From Atractiella rhizophila (lineage: Eukaryota): DNA of 48,337 nt. The position numbers were made by a program, and so were the translations under genes. The stretch spans positions 62,001-110,337 of the forward strand of contig MU271242.1 of assembly GCA_021432655.1 (NCBI GenBank), written 5' to 3'. Shown here piece after piece: positions 10,125 through 22,073 of this stretch; position 1 is the first letter of the stretch; each line of letters opens with the position of its first letter. The notes under the pieces were generated by a model, which saw nothing but the letters and a program-made list of their open reading frames with translations, did no database searches and was not told the origin of the DNA.

Positions 10125-13100
10125 ATGTCATTCTCTAACAAGTCGAAGTCGCCCAATCTGCTCCTCCCAACTTCCTTCCACCGCCTTTGCCTCCATTTGA
10201 ATCTCACTATGGTCCGTTTTCAAATATGGAAGCGAAACGTCTTCTCTTCCTCCTATCTTGCCTTATATCGCTTCTGTGGACCGGCAGAATGGACTCTCTT
10301 CCTCATCGGCCTCATCGCCTGCATCGCATCAGGAGCTCCACTTCCCATCATTGGGATCCTCTTTGGACAGCTCGTGGATGACTTCACGAGCACTGCGTGC
10401 GACGAGACTCAGCAGGATGAGGCTGGGTTCAGAAAAGGAGTGAACCAGAAGGTCGTGTACCTCCTCATCGTGGCTGCGGCTAATTGGGCCTTGATCTGGA
10501 CATACACCGTGTGCTTTGGGATCTTTGGGGAGCGGATGTCGAGGTTGTTCAGGATACGGTATTTGAGAGCGCTCTTAGGTCAGGAGATGGAGTTCTTCGA
10601 TGTCGGTGACGACGGTGCTGTGGAGGGGAAGGGAGAAGATATGCAAGGTAGGGTATCGACGATCAACCAGCGACTCTCCACCGACTTACTCTCCATCCAG
10701 TACGACGCTTCTTTTGGTTTCTTTTAGATGGAGATCTAACCAACTGGCGTCTCGCTCGCAGGATAGGACTCTCCGAGAAACTCTCCTACACACTTTCCTC
10801 TCTCTCCTACTTCTTAACCGCCTACCTCATTTCACTCGTCCTCCTCCCCTCCCTAGCCCTCCTCTTCCTACCCATTATTCCAGCCTTCGCCGTTTGCATG
10901 TATGTCGGCAACCGCTTCTCACGAAAGTACGATACTCGCAAGACAGAGCTCGTGGAGGCAGCTGAAGGCATGGCGGAGGAGGCGATTGGACAATTGAAGG
11001 TGGTGAAAGCCTTACAAGCGGAGCAGAGCATCGGAGAGAGCATCAAGAGAAAGTTGGGGGAGGCGAGAGTTTGGGGAGAGAAAAAAGCCGTCGCGTAAAT
11101 ATTTCTGTTTTCAAGCACTTAATTTCTTTGGAAGTGCTGAGGCATGGGGACAGAGCCGCAATCGCTTTGGGCGGAACGTTCTTTGTGGCGTATTCTTCGA
11201 ACGCTTTAGCCTTCTGGAAGGGGGCAAGATTGATCGCTTCAAGTGATGGTACAGTCGGGAAGACGTATACTGTCTTGTTTCTGCTCCTAGATGCAAGCTT
11301 TATCATCGGACAGGCGAGTCTATCTCCTCCTTACTTGTAGTTGACTCGGAAAAGCTGATATATTCTAACGAAAAGGTCATGCCTTTCATGGAGATCTTTA
11401 ACCGCGCAGGCAATGCCGGGTCGCGGTACGTTTCCTCCGTCTCGCTCTTTAGAAGCAGTTCTCACATTGTCAAACTGTTGAAAGCCTCATCGCGACCATC
11501 AATCGTCGGCCAAACATAGATGTGTATTCCACGGCCGGATACGTCCCTCCTCCCACCTCCAACAGTGAGGCAACCCCGTACTCCCTCGTATTGGACAACG
11601 TCCAATTCTCGTATCCCTCTCGTCCATCGATACCTGTCCTTCGAGGAATCAATCTGAAGCTTGAGGGAGGGAAGCACACAGGCACGTTTCCTTCTTCATC
11701 TGCGGGATGGTTCCCACTCATACAAACGTCTTCAGCCATCGTCGGTTTCTCCGGCTCAGGCAAGAGTACCGTAATGTCTCTCCTTGAACGGTTCTACGAC
11801 CCTTCATCTGGCTTCATAACCCTAAATGGCCGCTCTCTGAAGGAATACAACCTCCGATGGCTGCGAGGGCAGATCGGAATCATAATGCAAGAGCCGGTAC
11901 TGTTTGATGGGACGATCATGGACAACATCTGTCATGGGTTGCTGAACCCACACGCGAAAGAGAGGATAGAGACGATCGCCGGTAGGCCGCTTGATGATAA
12001 GGAGGTAGAAGCGCTTTGTGTCAGAGCTGCAGAAAGGGCTAATGCAGCAGAATTCGTGAGGAGATTGCCGATGGGATTTCGTACTTTGGTTGGGGAGGGC
12101 GGGACGTATGTTTCGTCTGCAGGATTTGGGATAACATCGGACTAATGTATTGTCGTTCACTTATAGGTTCTTGTCTGGTGGACAGAAGCAAAGGATTGCG
12201 CTCGCTAGGGCCCTCGTCAGTGAACCTCCAATTCTGATCATGGACGAAGGTATGCTTCGCTTCTCCCAACAATTGTGCAGTCCTAAATGTTGTTGTCCCC
12301 CAGCAACATCATCGCTTGACTCTCGCTCTGAGAGATTAATCTTGGAAAGCTTGAAAAGAGAATCGGGTAACGGACGATGTCTCATCTCCATTGCACACCG
12401 TATATCGACTATCAAGGAAGCAGATCACATAGTCGTCATGTCAGATTTCCCTATCCTTTGTCTCCTCCTTATCTTTGACTTCAGGTCCGATGGCGTCGTG
12501 GTAGAGTCCGGTACACATGAATCCCTAATGGATCGCAAAGGAGGATACGCCTCATTGGCTTCCGGACAAGGATTGGATATAGACATAGGCGATGACGCAT
12601 TTTTTTTCGAAGGGGCGGGAGAAGATGAGAAGGTTCCCCAAACAAAGGTCATTGTAGAAGCCGAAACCGAACAGGAACCTCCCCTGCTGCTCCCGGGACA
12701 AAAGCGCAAGATTCTGTCCTTGTTGACGTAAAGGAGAAGGTGCTGCCTCAAACAGAGACTGCACTTCTGCCGCTATCTTCTGTGCTTGCGACCATCGGCA
12801 GGTTGACAAGAAATCATAAGACATTTTGGGCGGTTGGTTTGCTCAGTCTGTCCTTCTTTGTCTGGTGGTGAGTGTGAACCGACTCCGAACAATAGCCTCG
12901 TGTATCATAGGAGGGGCATACCAAGCAGAAGCAGTCCTTTTTGGCCATGTTATCTCTGCCCTCAATCTGTGTCTGGGTGCTGGAAAGGTCAAAGATTCTG
13001 GTGACCTTTATGCACTTTGTAACTCCTCCATCTTCATCCTGTCCACACGAGACTCAGTCGATGGATATAGTGTTTTTCGTCCTTGGTGTTGCTGAGTGGA

Positions 13101-15096
13101 TCGCCTACACTTTCAATGGTTCTTCCTTAGGATGGATCTCGGAACGTCTGTTGGAGAAAGTTAAAGTAGCATGTTACAGGTGGGCTCCTTTGCTCTGAGT
13201 TGCCTGACATGTCATCTGATCAACTCGCACAAAGCGCTTTGCTATCAAGAGACGTGAGTGAGTACGAGGGAACGGATGTGGCATCTTCCTCGGAAACCAT
13301 AGCCGCTGTCTCAGCGGATAGTGGTCAGATTGCCCATGTCACTGGAATCGCAATCGGGACCTCGTTCGTTTTTCCTCATTCACATTTTCTGGTGTCCCAT
13401 CCCATCCCATGTGTAGCATTGCGGTATTCGTGAACTTGTTAACAGGCATCGTCCTTTCGCACATCATTGGATGGAAGGTACGTGAACCTTCACTCCTTCC
13501 ACAATAAGCTCCATAATGTTCGGAAACAGATCGCCGTAGTCGTCTTTTCTGTCGTCCCCATATTGGTCTTCGCTGGACTCTTGCGCATACGAACGATTGC
13601 GAAGTTCCATGTAAGTATACATTCCTCTGTCGTATTCCCTCGAACCGTAACATCTGATGACGGGCCAATTGTAGACCAGACACGAAAAAGCGTACCATCG
13701 CTCTAGCGCCATAGCCTCGGAAGCTGTGCGCTCAATTCGCACCATTGCTGCTCTCTCCAGGGAAGAGGATGTGTGTTCCGTCTACGTTTCGGCGCTTCGC
13801 GCGCCATACACGGAGAGCGTCCGAAATTTCATCACGTCCGGATTTTTCATGGCCGTCTCCTTCTCCATCTCGTACTGGGCCTATGCTTTCGCATACTGGT
13901 GGGGCTCCCGATTCGTCGCCAGTGGGGAATACTCGGATAGAGACTTTTTCACCATCCTCCCATCCCTCCTTTTCGCTGCTCAAGCTTCTGGACAAGTATT
14001 TGCGCTGGCCCCGGATTTGACTAAGGCGAGATACGGACTTTCGAGGGTCTTCAATATCATGAAGAAGGCGGGAACTCTGAGGAGGGTAGAAGTCATTGCG
14101 AAGGAGAAAGGGAGGGCCGAGTCCCCAGTTGGGCAGGCAAGCACTGGATTGGAAGTAGAGTTTCAGGGAGTCAGATTCTCGTATCCATCACGAGGGGATG
14201 TTGAGGTTCTCAAAGGACTGTCATTCCGTGTGAGTTTTTCAGGCGCCATCAAACCCAATTTGATGAAGAAACAGCTTGCACCAGGCACATACGCGGCATT
14301 GTGTGGAGAGAGTGGATCGGGAAAGTCGACGATCATTTCCCTGCTGCAGCGGTACATTCCCACTTTACTCCTCCAATCTTCTCACTCTTGGTCAGGTTTT
14401 ACGATCCAACATCTGGAAGCATCACCATCGGCTCCTCCCCTCTCTCCTCCTCCCACCTCCCGCACCTCTCATATGTCCCCCAAGAGCCGACCCTGTTCTC
14501 CGGCTCCATCCGATTCAATCTGTTATTGGGCGTCTCCTCCTCATCGGAAGAAGTAACCCAATGGGAGCTCGACTCCGCTTGTCGATCAGCCAACATCCTC
14601 GACTTTATTCGATCCCTCCCTGATGGGTATGAGACGGATTGTGGGGTTCGGGGGAATGCGTTTTCGGGGGGACAGAAGCAGAGACTCGCGATTGCAAGAG
14701 CGTTGTTGAGGAAACCCAAAATACTATTGCTTGATGAGTGCACTGCGGCTTTGGATGGGGAGAGCGAGATCGAGATACAAAAGACAATAGAGAAGGTGCG
14801 CTTTCAGATATGTAACAAGCTAGAGAAGGAACTGATGGATAACACAAGATTTCTCATTCTTGTACTATTATTTCAATAGCACACAGGTGATATGCCTTTG
14901 CATTGCCTCTAAACTATCTATGCTGACATGGAAATACAGATTAGCAACAATTAGAAAAGCCGATCAGATATTCTGGCTCGAAGAGGGAGTAGTTATAGAA
15001 CAAGGGAATCACGAACAGCTCGTGAAGAAAAATGGGAGATACGCAGCTGCGGTGAAACTGCAGGAGCTGTCTGTAAGCCCGCTTCCCTACTTTTGA
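10125..15096 (+). CDS. ABCB/MDR (P-glycoprotein-like) full-size ABC transporter, TMD-NBD-TMD-NBD; many introns
   Basis: TMD1 ([31 protein letters not shown]), NBD1 ([30 protein letters not shown]), TMD2, NBD2 ([30 protein letters not shown]). Start (10125 or 10209) and last exon are uncertain. Confidence 0.92.
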
Positions 15097-15494
15097 GATA
15101 CGGATAGATTTGAAGTGGGGAAACAGGTTTCGCAAAAGTAGAAGCACTATAGATCTAAGGAAGAGCAAACGCAATGTCAAACAGGCAAAATGTGCATCAT
15201 GACCAAGGCAAATACCCATGAATCAATGGCAGTTAGACACTATACCACCTTGCAGTACGCCTTTGGACAACAGCAGAGAGGTGGCTTTTGTTGAATATAA
15301 AACGTTTGACAACTAAAAATGATGTTTCGGGCTCTCTCAGATCTGTTTTAAAGCTGCCGCAGTCCTGAACTATGGAACAATATCCTGTATCAGGTTGTAC
15401 GCAATAAGGTTCAGAGCCCCTCGCGGGGCTCCTGGTGACCCGCCACTTTCGCGTTTCCCACACTGGAAGAAGTCAGCAGTCGCGGTGGCGAAGG

Positions 15495-18400
15495 ATGAAA
15501 TCTTCCGACGAGGGGAGCATCATCCTGGATTCAGAGCCAGAGAGGATAGCTCGTGTGCAAGTGCGGCGAGTTGCTAAGAGGAAACGGGATGCACAGAAGG
15601 ACGAAGTGGACCACACTCGATCGACTCGAGGTGCCAGTGAAAGGAAGACTTCTCACGCGAAGACGACGTCGAAATATTTCGCTGTTGCTCATAAAACGCG
15701 CGCGAGAGCTTCGGATGCTTCCACAGCTAAAATTCAGCAGGAGGTCGCGAAGATCGCGTCTTCGAGTTTCCATCCTCAGGCTACTCCAGCAATTGCGGAC
15801 AACGTCACGGGAAAGCAACCGAAGCAATCTGCGCTCGCTTTTCTCGTCCGACAGCGTCCTACGAGTCCTCCAAAACTTTCTCCCGCTCTGTCCTCGTCAG
15901 AATCCGAAGCAGGCTCCTGGATTTCTGATTCAAGCTCATCGTCTGAAGAAGTGGACTGGAGGCGACGAAAGATCATCTCCGCCTCCCACCCAACCTCATC
16001 TTTCGATCCTACTTCGCTCACTCTCGCACGCTCCGCGAATGAAGTCAGACAGGCTTCTTCTCTCTTGCGCACAAGGATCTCGAAAAGAAATGAGAACATT
16101 GATCGTGATCGCGATGGTGGAGGAAGTAGAGTAGGCGAAGGCGAAGGCGAAGTTGAATATCAACAACTTGATATTTTGGATTCGGAGAGAGAGGACGACT
16201 TACGGGAACAGGATGTGGAGGAAACGGAGTTTAAGAAACCCAACTTGGAAGGATTTCGATTTGCAAACGTCGAGAATGGGAGCTTCTTCCGTCATCGTCG
16301 GCGATCTAGTTTGTCTTCCACAACCACCGCATCAAACCGGACCGTAGATAAAGGAAAGGGGAAGGAAACGGCATCCGAGGTTTCTTCAAAGACGAAGAAG
16401 GAAAAGGGGAAAGCGAGAGGAGAGAAAGACATCATCCCGCGCTTGTTCCTACAAGTCCTCGACAGCTGTCCAGCATGTCACTATCCCCTCACTCAAATCT
16501 TCGCTCCAAAATCCAAAACCAAGCATACAAGACCTGGCAAATCCACCACCGCCAACAACAACACCACGGCTTCCAGAGCGGAAACACCACTATGGGGAAC
16601 ATCATCCCGCGCTTGTTCCTACAAGTCCTCGACAGCTGTCCAGCATGTCACTATCCCCTCACTCAAATCTTCGCTCCAAAATCCAAAACCAAGAATCCAA
16701 GACCTGGCAAATCTACCACCACCACCAACAACACCACGACTTCCAGAGCGGAAATACCACTATGGGGCCAACAATCACCTCATGGGATTGCGCCTTCTCG
16801 CGTCCTCGCTCACCTTCTTTCTTGCTCCAACTCCAACTCCGTCCCCCTTTCCGAACTCGTTTCCCTGGTCCACGACCGAATACTGAAGCTGGACTTAGCG
16901 CAGGCACAGAGAGAGACTCTGCTCGAGCGGACGGTCAAGAGGTCGAAGGTGGGAGGGAGTGTAGAGATCGAAGCCGCTGCGTCCACATCCTCAGACTCTC
17001 ACTGGGGCATATGGGCGGAGAGAAAGGAAAGTAAGGCAGAAGAAGCATTAAGAAAGAGAATAGACGAATACCGCAAAGGCTTTGGAGGAGGGAAACTAGC
17101 AAAAGCGGCGAGGGAGATAAGGGGGATGGGAGTGGAGTCCGCTACGAAGAGGAAAGGAGAGAGAAATTTCGGTCTCAATGTGGGAGGATCCTACACGACC
17201 GAAGCGTCCTTTTTGGAGGAAGAGAGCCTTCCCTCTCCTTTGAAGCCACAGACAAATATCACGCAAGCCTTTCCTAATTCGAAAGTGGTTCAAAGGTTCG
17301 AGAGCACAGGGCGCGGGAAGGTAGTCCTACTCCCATTGAGTGGGGCAGGGATGGAAGGGAGCGGAGATCGGCGTGTGGATGCGGAGAGCGAGAGCTTGTG
17401 GGAGGTTGCGGGAAAGGAGAATGGGGGAGCGATGGAGAAGAGATGGGTCGTACGTTCCTTTCCTACTATCGTTATTGTGTTACCCGAGCTGATGAAACGT
17501 GGAGGATGATAGATCAGACGGTTCAACTACGAAAAAGCTACTTCTGGAACGTGAGGTGCTTGAAAGCTCGGAGGACAGATTGAGATTACAAACAGCAACT
17601 CCTGTTCAACTCACCTCTGAGCTCAGTGAGCAGGAACAGCAGTTTGCGAGTATTCTCAACTACGAATATGAGGGATTTGAAGGTTATGGGGGTGAAGGAG
17701 TGTTATGGATCGATACCAAATCGTCGCCTTCCATCCCAGCTAACTCTAACGAGCGTGTTGAAGGTCTCGATTGTCCTCCCAGTCCACTACTCACGCGTGC
17801 TATGGCTCCTCCGATGGGCTCTTCTTACCGAACCGAGAAGTTCGCTGTAGACGTTGAGCGGCTCTCGAGGGGGATTTTGGGGATAGACATCTCCCCCGAC
17901 TCTGAAGAGGGAGGCCATACTGGAGAGCTAGACTTCCTTTCTACAAAGGTTGAGGAGATGACTATAGAGAAAAGAAGTAAGCACGAAGTAGATATTATTC
18001 GAACTACTCCAAAGAAGAAGAAAATGGCAGAAGAGAAAGTAGGAGCAGTTGAAGATGAGGAAACGATGCCGGACTACGCGTCGTGGACGCTGGAGGAGGT
18101 GGTGGCTCAACTGGATGGATGGGGATTTAAGACGAGCAGGAATCGGAAGGCTATGGTTCATCAACTTGAGGGGATATGGTCGAGAATACAGGAGCAGAAG
18201 AAGAAGGCAAAGGAAAAGGCGGCCAGAAAGCGCCGACAGGAAGGACAGAACCCGGAGGCTGCAGTGCATCATCAGAGAGTTGTTCAGTCTGTGAGCAGCG
18301 AGGAATCTGAGAATTTTGATTTCTCGGATGATGTTGAAGATGTAGGCGTCTCCGTTCTAGGTTGCAGTCTTTGTTGATTAGGTTACAGGGCAGGGACATG

Positions 18401-19289
18401 CTGAAGAACACGAAATCTAAATCTATCGCTCAAGATGAAGATGAGGAAACGATGCCGGACTACGCGTCGTGGACGCTGGAGGAGGTGGTGGCTCAACTGG
18501 ATGGATGGGGATTTAAGACGAGCAGGAATCGGAAGGCTATGGTTCATCAACTTGAGGGGATATGGTCGAGAATACAGGAGCAGAAGAAGAAGGCAAAGGA
18601 AAAGGCGGCCAGAAAGCGCCGACAGGAAGGACAGAACCCGGAAGCTGCAGTGCATCATCAGAGAGTTGTTCAGTCTGTGAGCAGCGAGGAATCTGAGAAG
18701 TTTGATTTCTCGGATGATGTTGAAGATGTAGGCGTCTCCGTTCTAGGTTGCAGTCTTTGTTGATTAGGTTACAGGGCAGGGACATGCTGAAGAACACGAA
18801 ATCTAAATCTATCGCTCAAGCCCATGGGCCGAAGTTCCACAAGATAAATAGCAAGGAACCGGCTCAGGTTGTAGGTCTCTTTCTTACCTATGGCGCTACT
18901 CAGCTCATTGCCTGGACAGCCAAAGACAAAGAAAGGCAAGGGGTCACGAAGTCTGGACGAGGAAGAGAGCCTGCTGCGATCGGCCATCATGAGCAACAAG
19001 GCTTTGTATGAGCAAATTTTGAGATACGAAGTTCGTTCCTTTCCTCTGGACATTTCATAACAACCTCACGTTGGCCAATACCTTGAGCAGCCATTAGATT
19101 TTGCCATCTTCGTTGAACTTGCTGCAGAAGAAGGTTTGAAACTTACGAGACCTCGCATTCGTAACTTTCTCGACAAGCGGGTTCGTTTCTCTCACGGCTC
19201 CATTCTGATTCACCTGGTTGAAGGACATGTAGTGCATCACCTTTTACACGACAGAAAGCCTGAAAAAAGGGAGGGCTCGTCATCCCTGA
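15495..19289 (+). CDS. SLX4: Structure-specific endonuclease scaffold subunit Slx4
   Basis: Long disordered N-terminus, SAP-like MPDYASWTLEEVVAQLDGWGFK...LEGIW, and C-terminal Slx1-binding domain LYEQILRYE|PLDFAIFVELA...RNFLDKR|CITF. Contains two internal duplications. Confidence 0.8.
16429..16767. repeat. Tandem duplication, 2 x 169 bp separated by one A (frameshifts SLX4)
   Basis: 16429-16597 vs 16599-16767, A at 16598. Copies differ by several SNPs. Confidence 0.95.
18050..18820. repeat. Tandem duplication, 2 x 385 bp separated by one A (SLX4 SAP-like region)
   Basis: 18050-18434 vs 18436-18820, A at 18435. Two SNPs noticed. Confidence 0.95.
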
Positions 19290-19956
19290 ACTTTCCTTTA
19301 TCCAGTTTTCCAGTCTTTGGCAGCTCGCCATTTGAAATCCAGGAACGGGAGAGAATAAGAGAACTTCTATCGTTTCATGGGGACATATGGCATAGGTGTC
19401 ATTTTGAGACATGTGAAATGTCAGCAGTCAAAAACATATCGTTAGGATCGTAAAAGCAAGGAAATGATTGAACACCGGGACATTATTTTCTCTTTTTTTT
19501 TCTGATTGGAATGATGATATTCTGAAGAAAGAGCATATCATGAACCGCAAGACTGGTGTGAACAAGGGTTTAGAAGACGGCTACAAATCAATTGAAAAGA
19601 CATCTGGGAACTATATCATAAGGTCACAGCACACATTCGAGTTGCGAAGCCAAACCGGACAATGAATATGAACGAAGAAAGTAACAATTCCCACCTGGTG
19701 AGACAAAGAAAGAGATACTTCACGGCGAGAGACAAAGCAATGACCAAGCAATCAAAGTAAAAAGGCAAATATTCACCTACTTATAACATCTAACAGCACA
19801 GACACTCCAAATAAAGACATTGAGGCGGGTAGTTGATTGAGGTCCGATAGGAGGAGGACGGTGATGAAACGGGTTCCAAAGTTGCAATTTGCGAGACTGA
19901 AAACGTAATGGAAGAGAAGAGCCACAGCAAGTATCACAGAATCATTATCAAAGCAA

Positions 19957-22073
19957 TCACTGTTGGGTATCATTCTGGGCATCGACGATGTATTGTCGAA
20001 ACAGTTCATCGAACGATGCATTGGGATCGTTTCCGGAACTGCCATGGGTGGCACCTGTGGAAGACACAGGAGGGGCAGAAACAGGCGCAGTATCGCGAAG
20101 GAACGAGGACAAGTCTCCTTGATATTCTGAGACGACAGCCGATGTCTGAGCCAAGGCTGTAACGCTTGAGGTGACTGAACCGGCATCTGATTCAGTCGCA
20201 GTCCTTCTCGCTCTCGCTCCTCTGCTAGCCGTTCTTCTGCGATCTGTACCTCGCCTTCCGATTGCAGCGGCACGACGAGCACCGGCCGTATTCAGGGCGG
20301 TGCGAAGAGGATTGTCCCAGTTCTCAGGTCGCGTGAGGGAAGCGAGCGGGACCTGTCCGCACATATCGAAGTGACCCATTGAAGCTGAACACAAGGTCAG
20401 TACAACCAACAGAAAGAAAGAAGTCAGATCACGGACGATATGGTCTGTTCAGGTCGACCTCGAGGACATCCTTAGAGTCGTCTGACGGGGTTTCTACCTC
20501 GGAAGTCTGATTGCCTCGAAAGGCTGAGGAGCTCGGAACTGATCCGGAAGGTTCCTGTGACTGAGGTTCGGTTGAAGCGAAAGGCAACCGTGGTTTGACA
20601 TCCCCCTCGAATTGGAGTTCTGGCGCAACAATAGCGACATTGTTGTTTGCATCGAGGACGAAGTTGTTGGGGATGGGGACGCCCGACCAATTGTCCGGAG
20701 TTGATTGGATGCCCAAATTAGCTAAAAAGTTGTCAATTTCGGCTTGCTGGGCTTGAGTCGGGGGTGTTTCAGAACAAGGGGTTATGGAAGTATTGTTTGC
20801 GTTACTCGGACTGATTTGATGGGAAACGGAGTGCACGGCTGGTGTCGATAACTGATACGAGGACAGCGGTGATGGCTCGGTAGGAGGACTAGTTTGGGCT
20901 GCAGTATAAGGAGTATATGCCACGGGCTGCGAGCTAGCAGGAAAACTGGAGAAGGCCCTATCCAGTGATGGCGCAGTTGGGATAGTTGAGTGGGAGCTAG
21001 AATAAGCGAGTCTGGGTCGTTTGACAGTCTCTCGGTAGTGATAGCTTGCACTTCTTTGATCGTCCACTTGACCTGCGCCGCCTTGTTGCCTTTAGCGTCG
21101 ATCGTCAGGATCAGAGCATGAAAAACATACCTCCAGACAGTCGAGCCATGGTTGCAAAGTATTTTCGACACTTGCTACCAATGCCATGCCACCCAACTGA
21201 AAGAGCGATATCTTGTTGTCGAGGGTCCATGGACACTTGCTCAATTCGCTGAGTGTTGCAATCCCTGTAAGCCTCCCATCCATTTCTCCAAGATCGACGA
21301 GGAATGTTGAGTCTGAGGAATCGCTCCCTAACCGTCTCGATCGTCACTTGATATGGTAGCCAATTCGGTTCAGCAGGAAGTTCAGAGACAGAAACGTTCT
21401 TGAGCTCTTGCCCTCGAAGTTCCCTCCACTGCTGCTGGGCCCTCCTTTCTTCAACGAGGTCCTGGAAGAGTCTGAGGATAGAGAAGAAACCCTGAGGAAC
21501 TGTCCTAAGTGCGGCCCTAGCTTCGGACGTATATGTCTGTTCGAAAGGCTCCTCTTCATCCGAGCTGATGGCGACGATCTCTTGTTCTCGAAGCCTCTTC
21601 TTGGACGCCTCCTCAGCGCGACGTGTGGCCGGCCCTCCACCATGAAAGGCTTCAGCTTGCATCCTGACCACATCCGCATCGATCGCACCAAACTCGTACT
21701 CAGCTCGAGTGGTGAAAGAGAGTTTATCGGGGATCTCGTGGACATTACCATCCGACAAGCTCCTCGAAGGAAGCCCACGACGTCTCGGGTTGGCGATCAA
21801 GCGGTCCCGAGTGTCTGCGGGGACGTATGAATGGTGAGAAGTAGAGGGTGAGGGGATGTAGGATTCTGAGGTCGGAGGACTGGTTAAAACAAAGGAATCC
21901 ACAGGAGCGCTAGGCGAGGAAGCGAAGAGATCATGAAGATGCTCTCCCGTCAACGATGCATCCTCCCGAGACTGGAGTCGATAAGAGAAGTTCCGATACT
22001 CTTGCTTCGACCGTTCCATTCCCGCTTGGTGAGCTAGAATGCCATCAGGACGCGAGCTGTAGGCCAGGTCCAT
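19957..22073 (-). CDS. Hypothetical orphan protein, three exons, S/P-rich with one compact Trp-rich segment
   Basis: ORFs 21111-22112, 20429-21067 and 19957-20409 can be joined by GT-AG introns (gtatgt...cag near 21130-21075; gtccgt...ctgac...ttcag near 20436-20385). No family recognised. Confidence 0.55.

Larger units (their letters stand above)
8881..10741. repeat. Tandem duplication, 2 x 930 bp (period 931), of the ABC transporter promoter and first exon
   Basis: 8881-9810 vs 9812-10741, A at 9811. About 14 substitutions counted by eye (e.g. DDSTGQG vs DDGAVEG). Confidence 0.95.

Noticed and set aside
19957..22073. Homeodomain mating-type gene
   Set aside because: No WFxNxR motif and no divergent partner gene.
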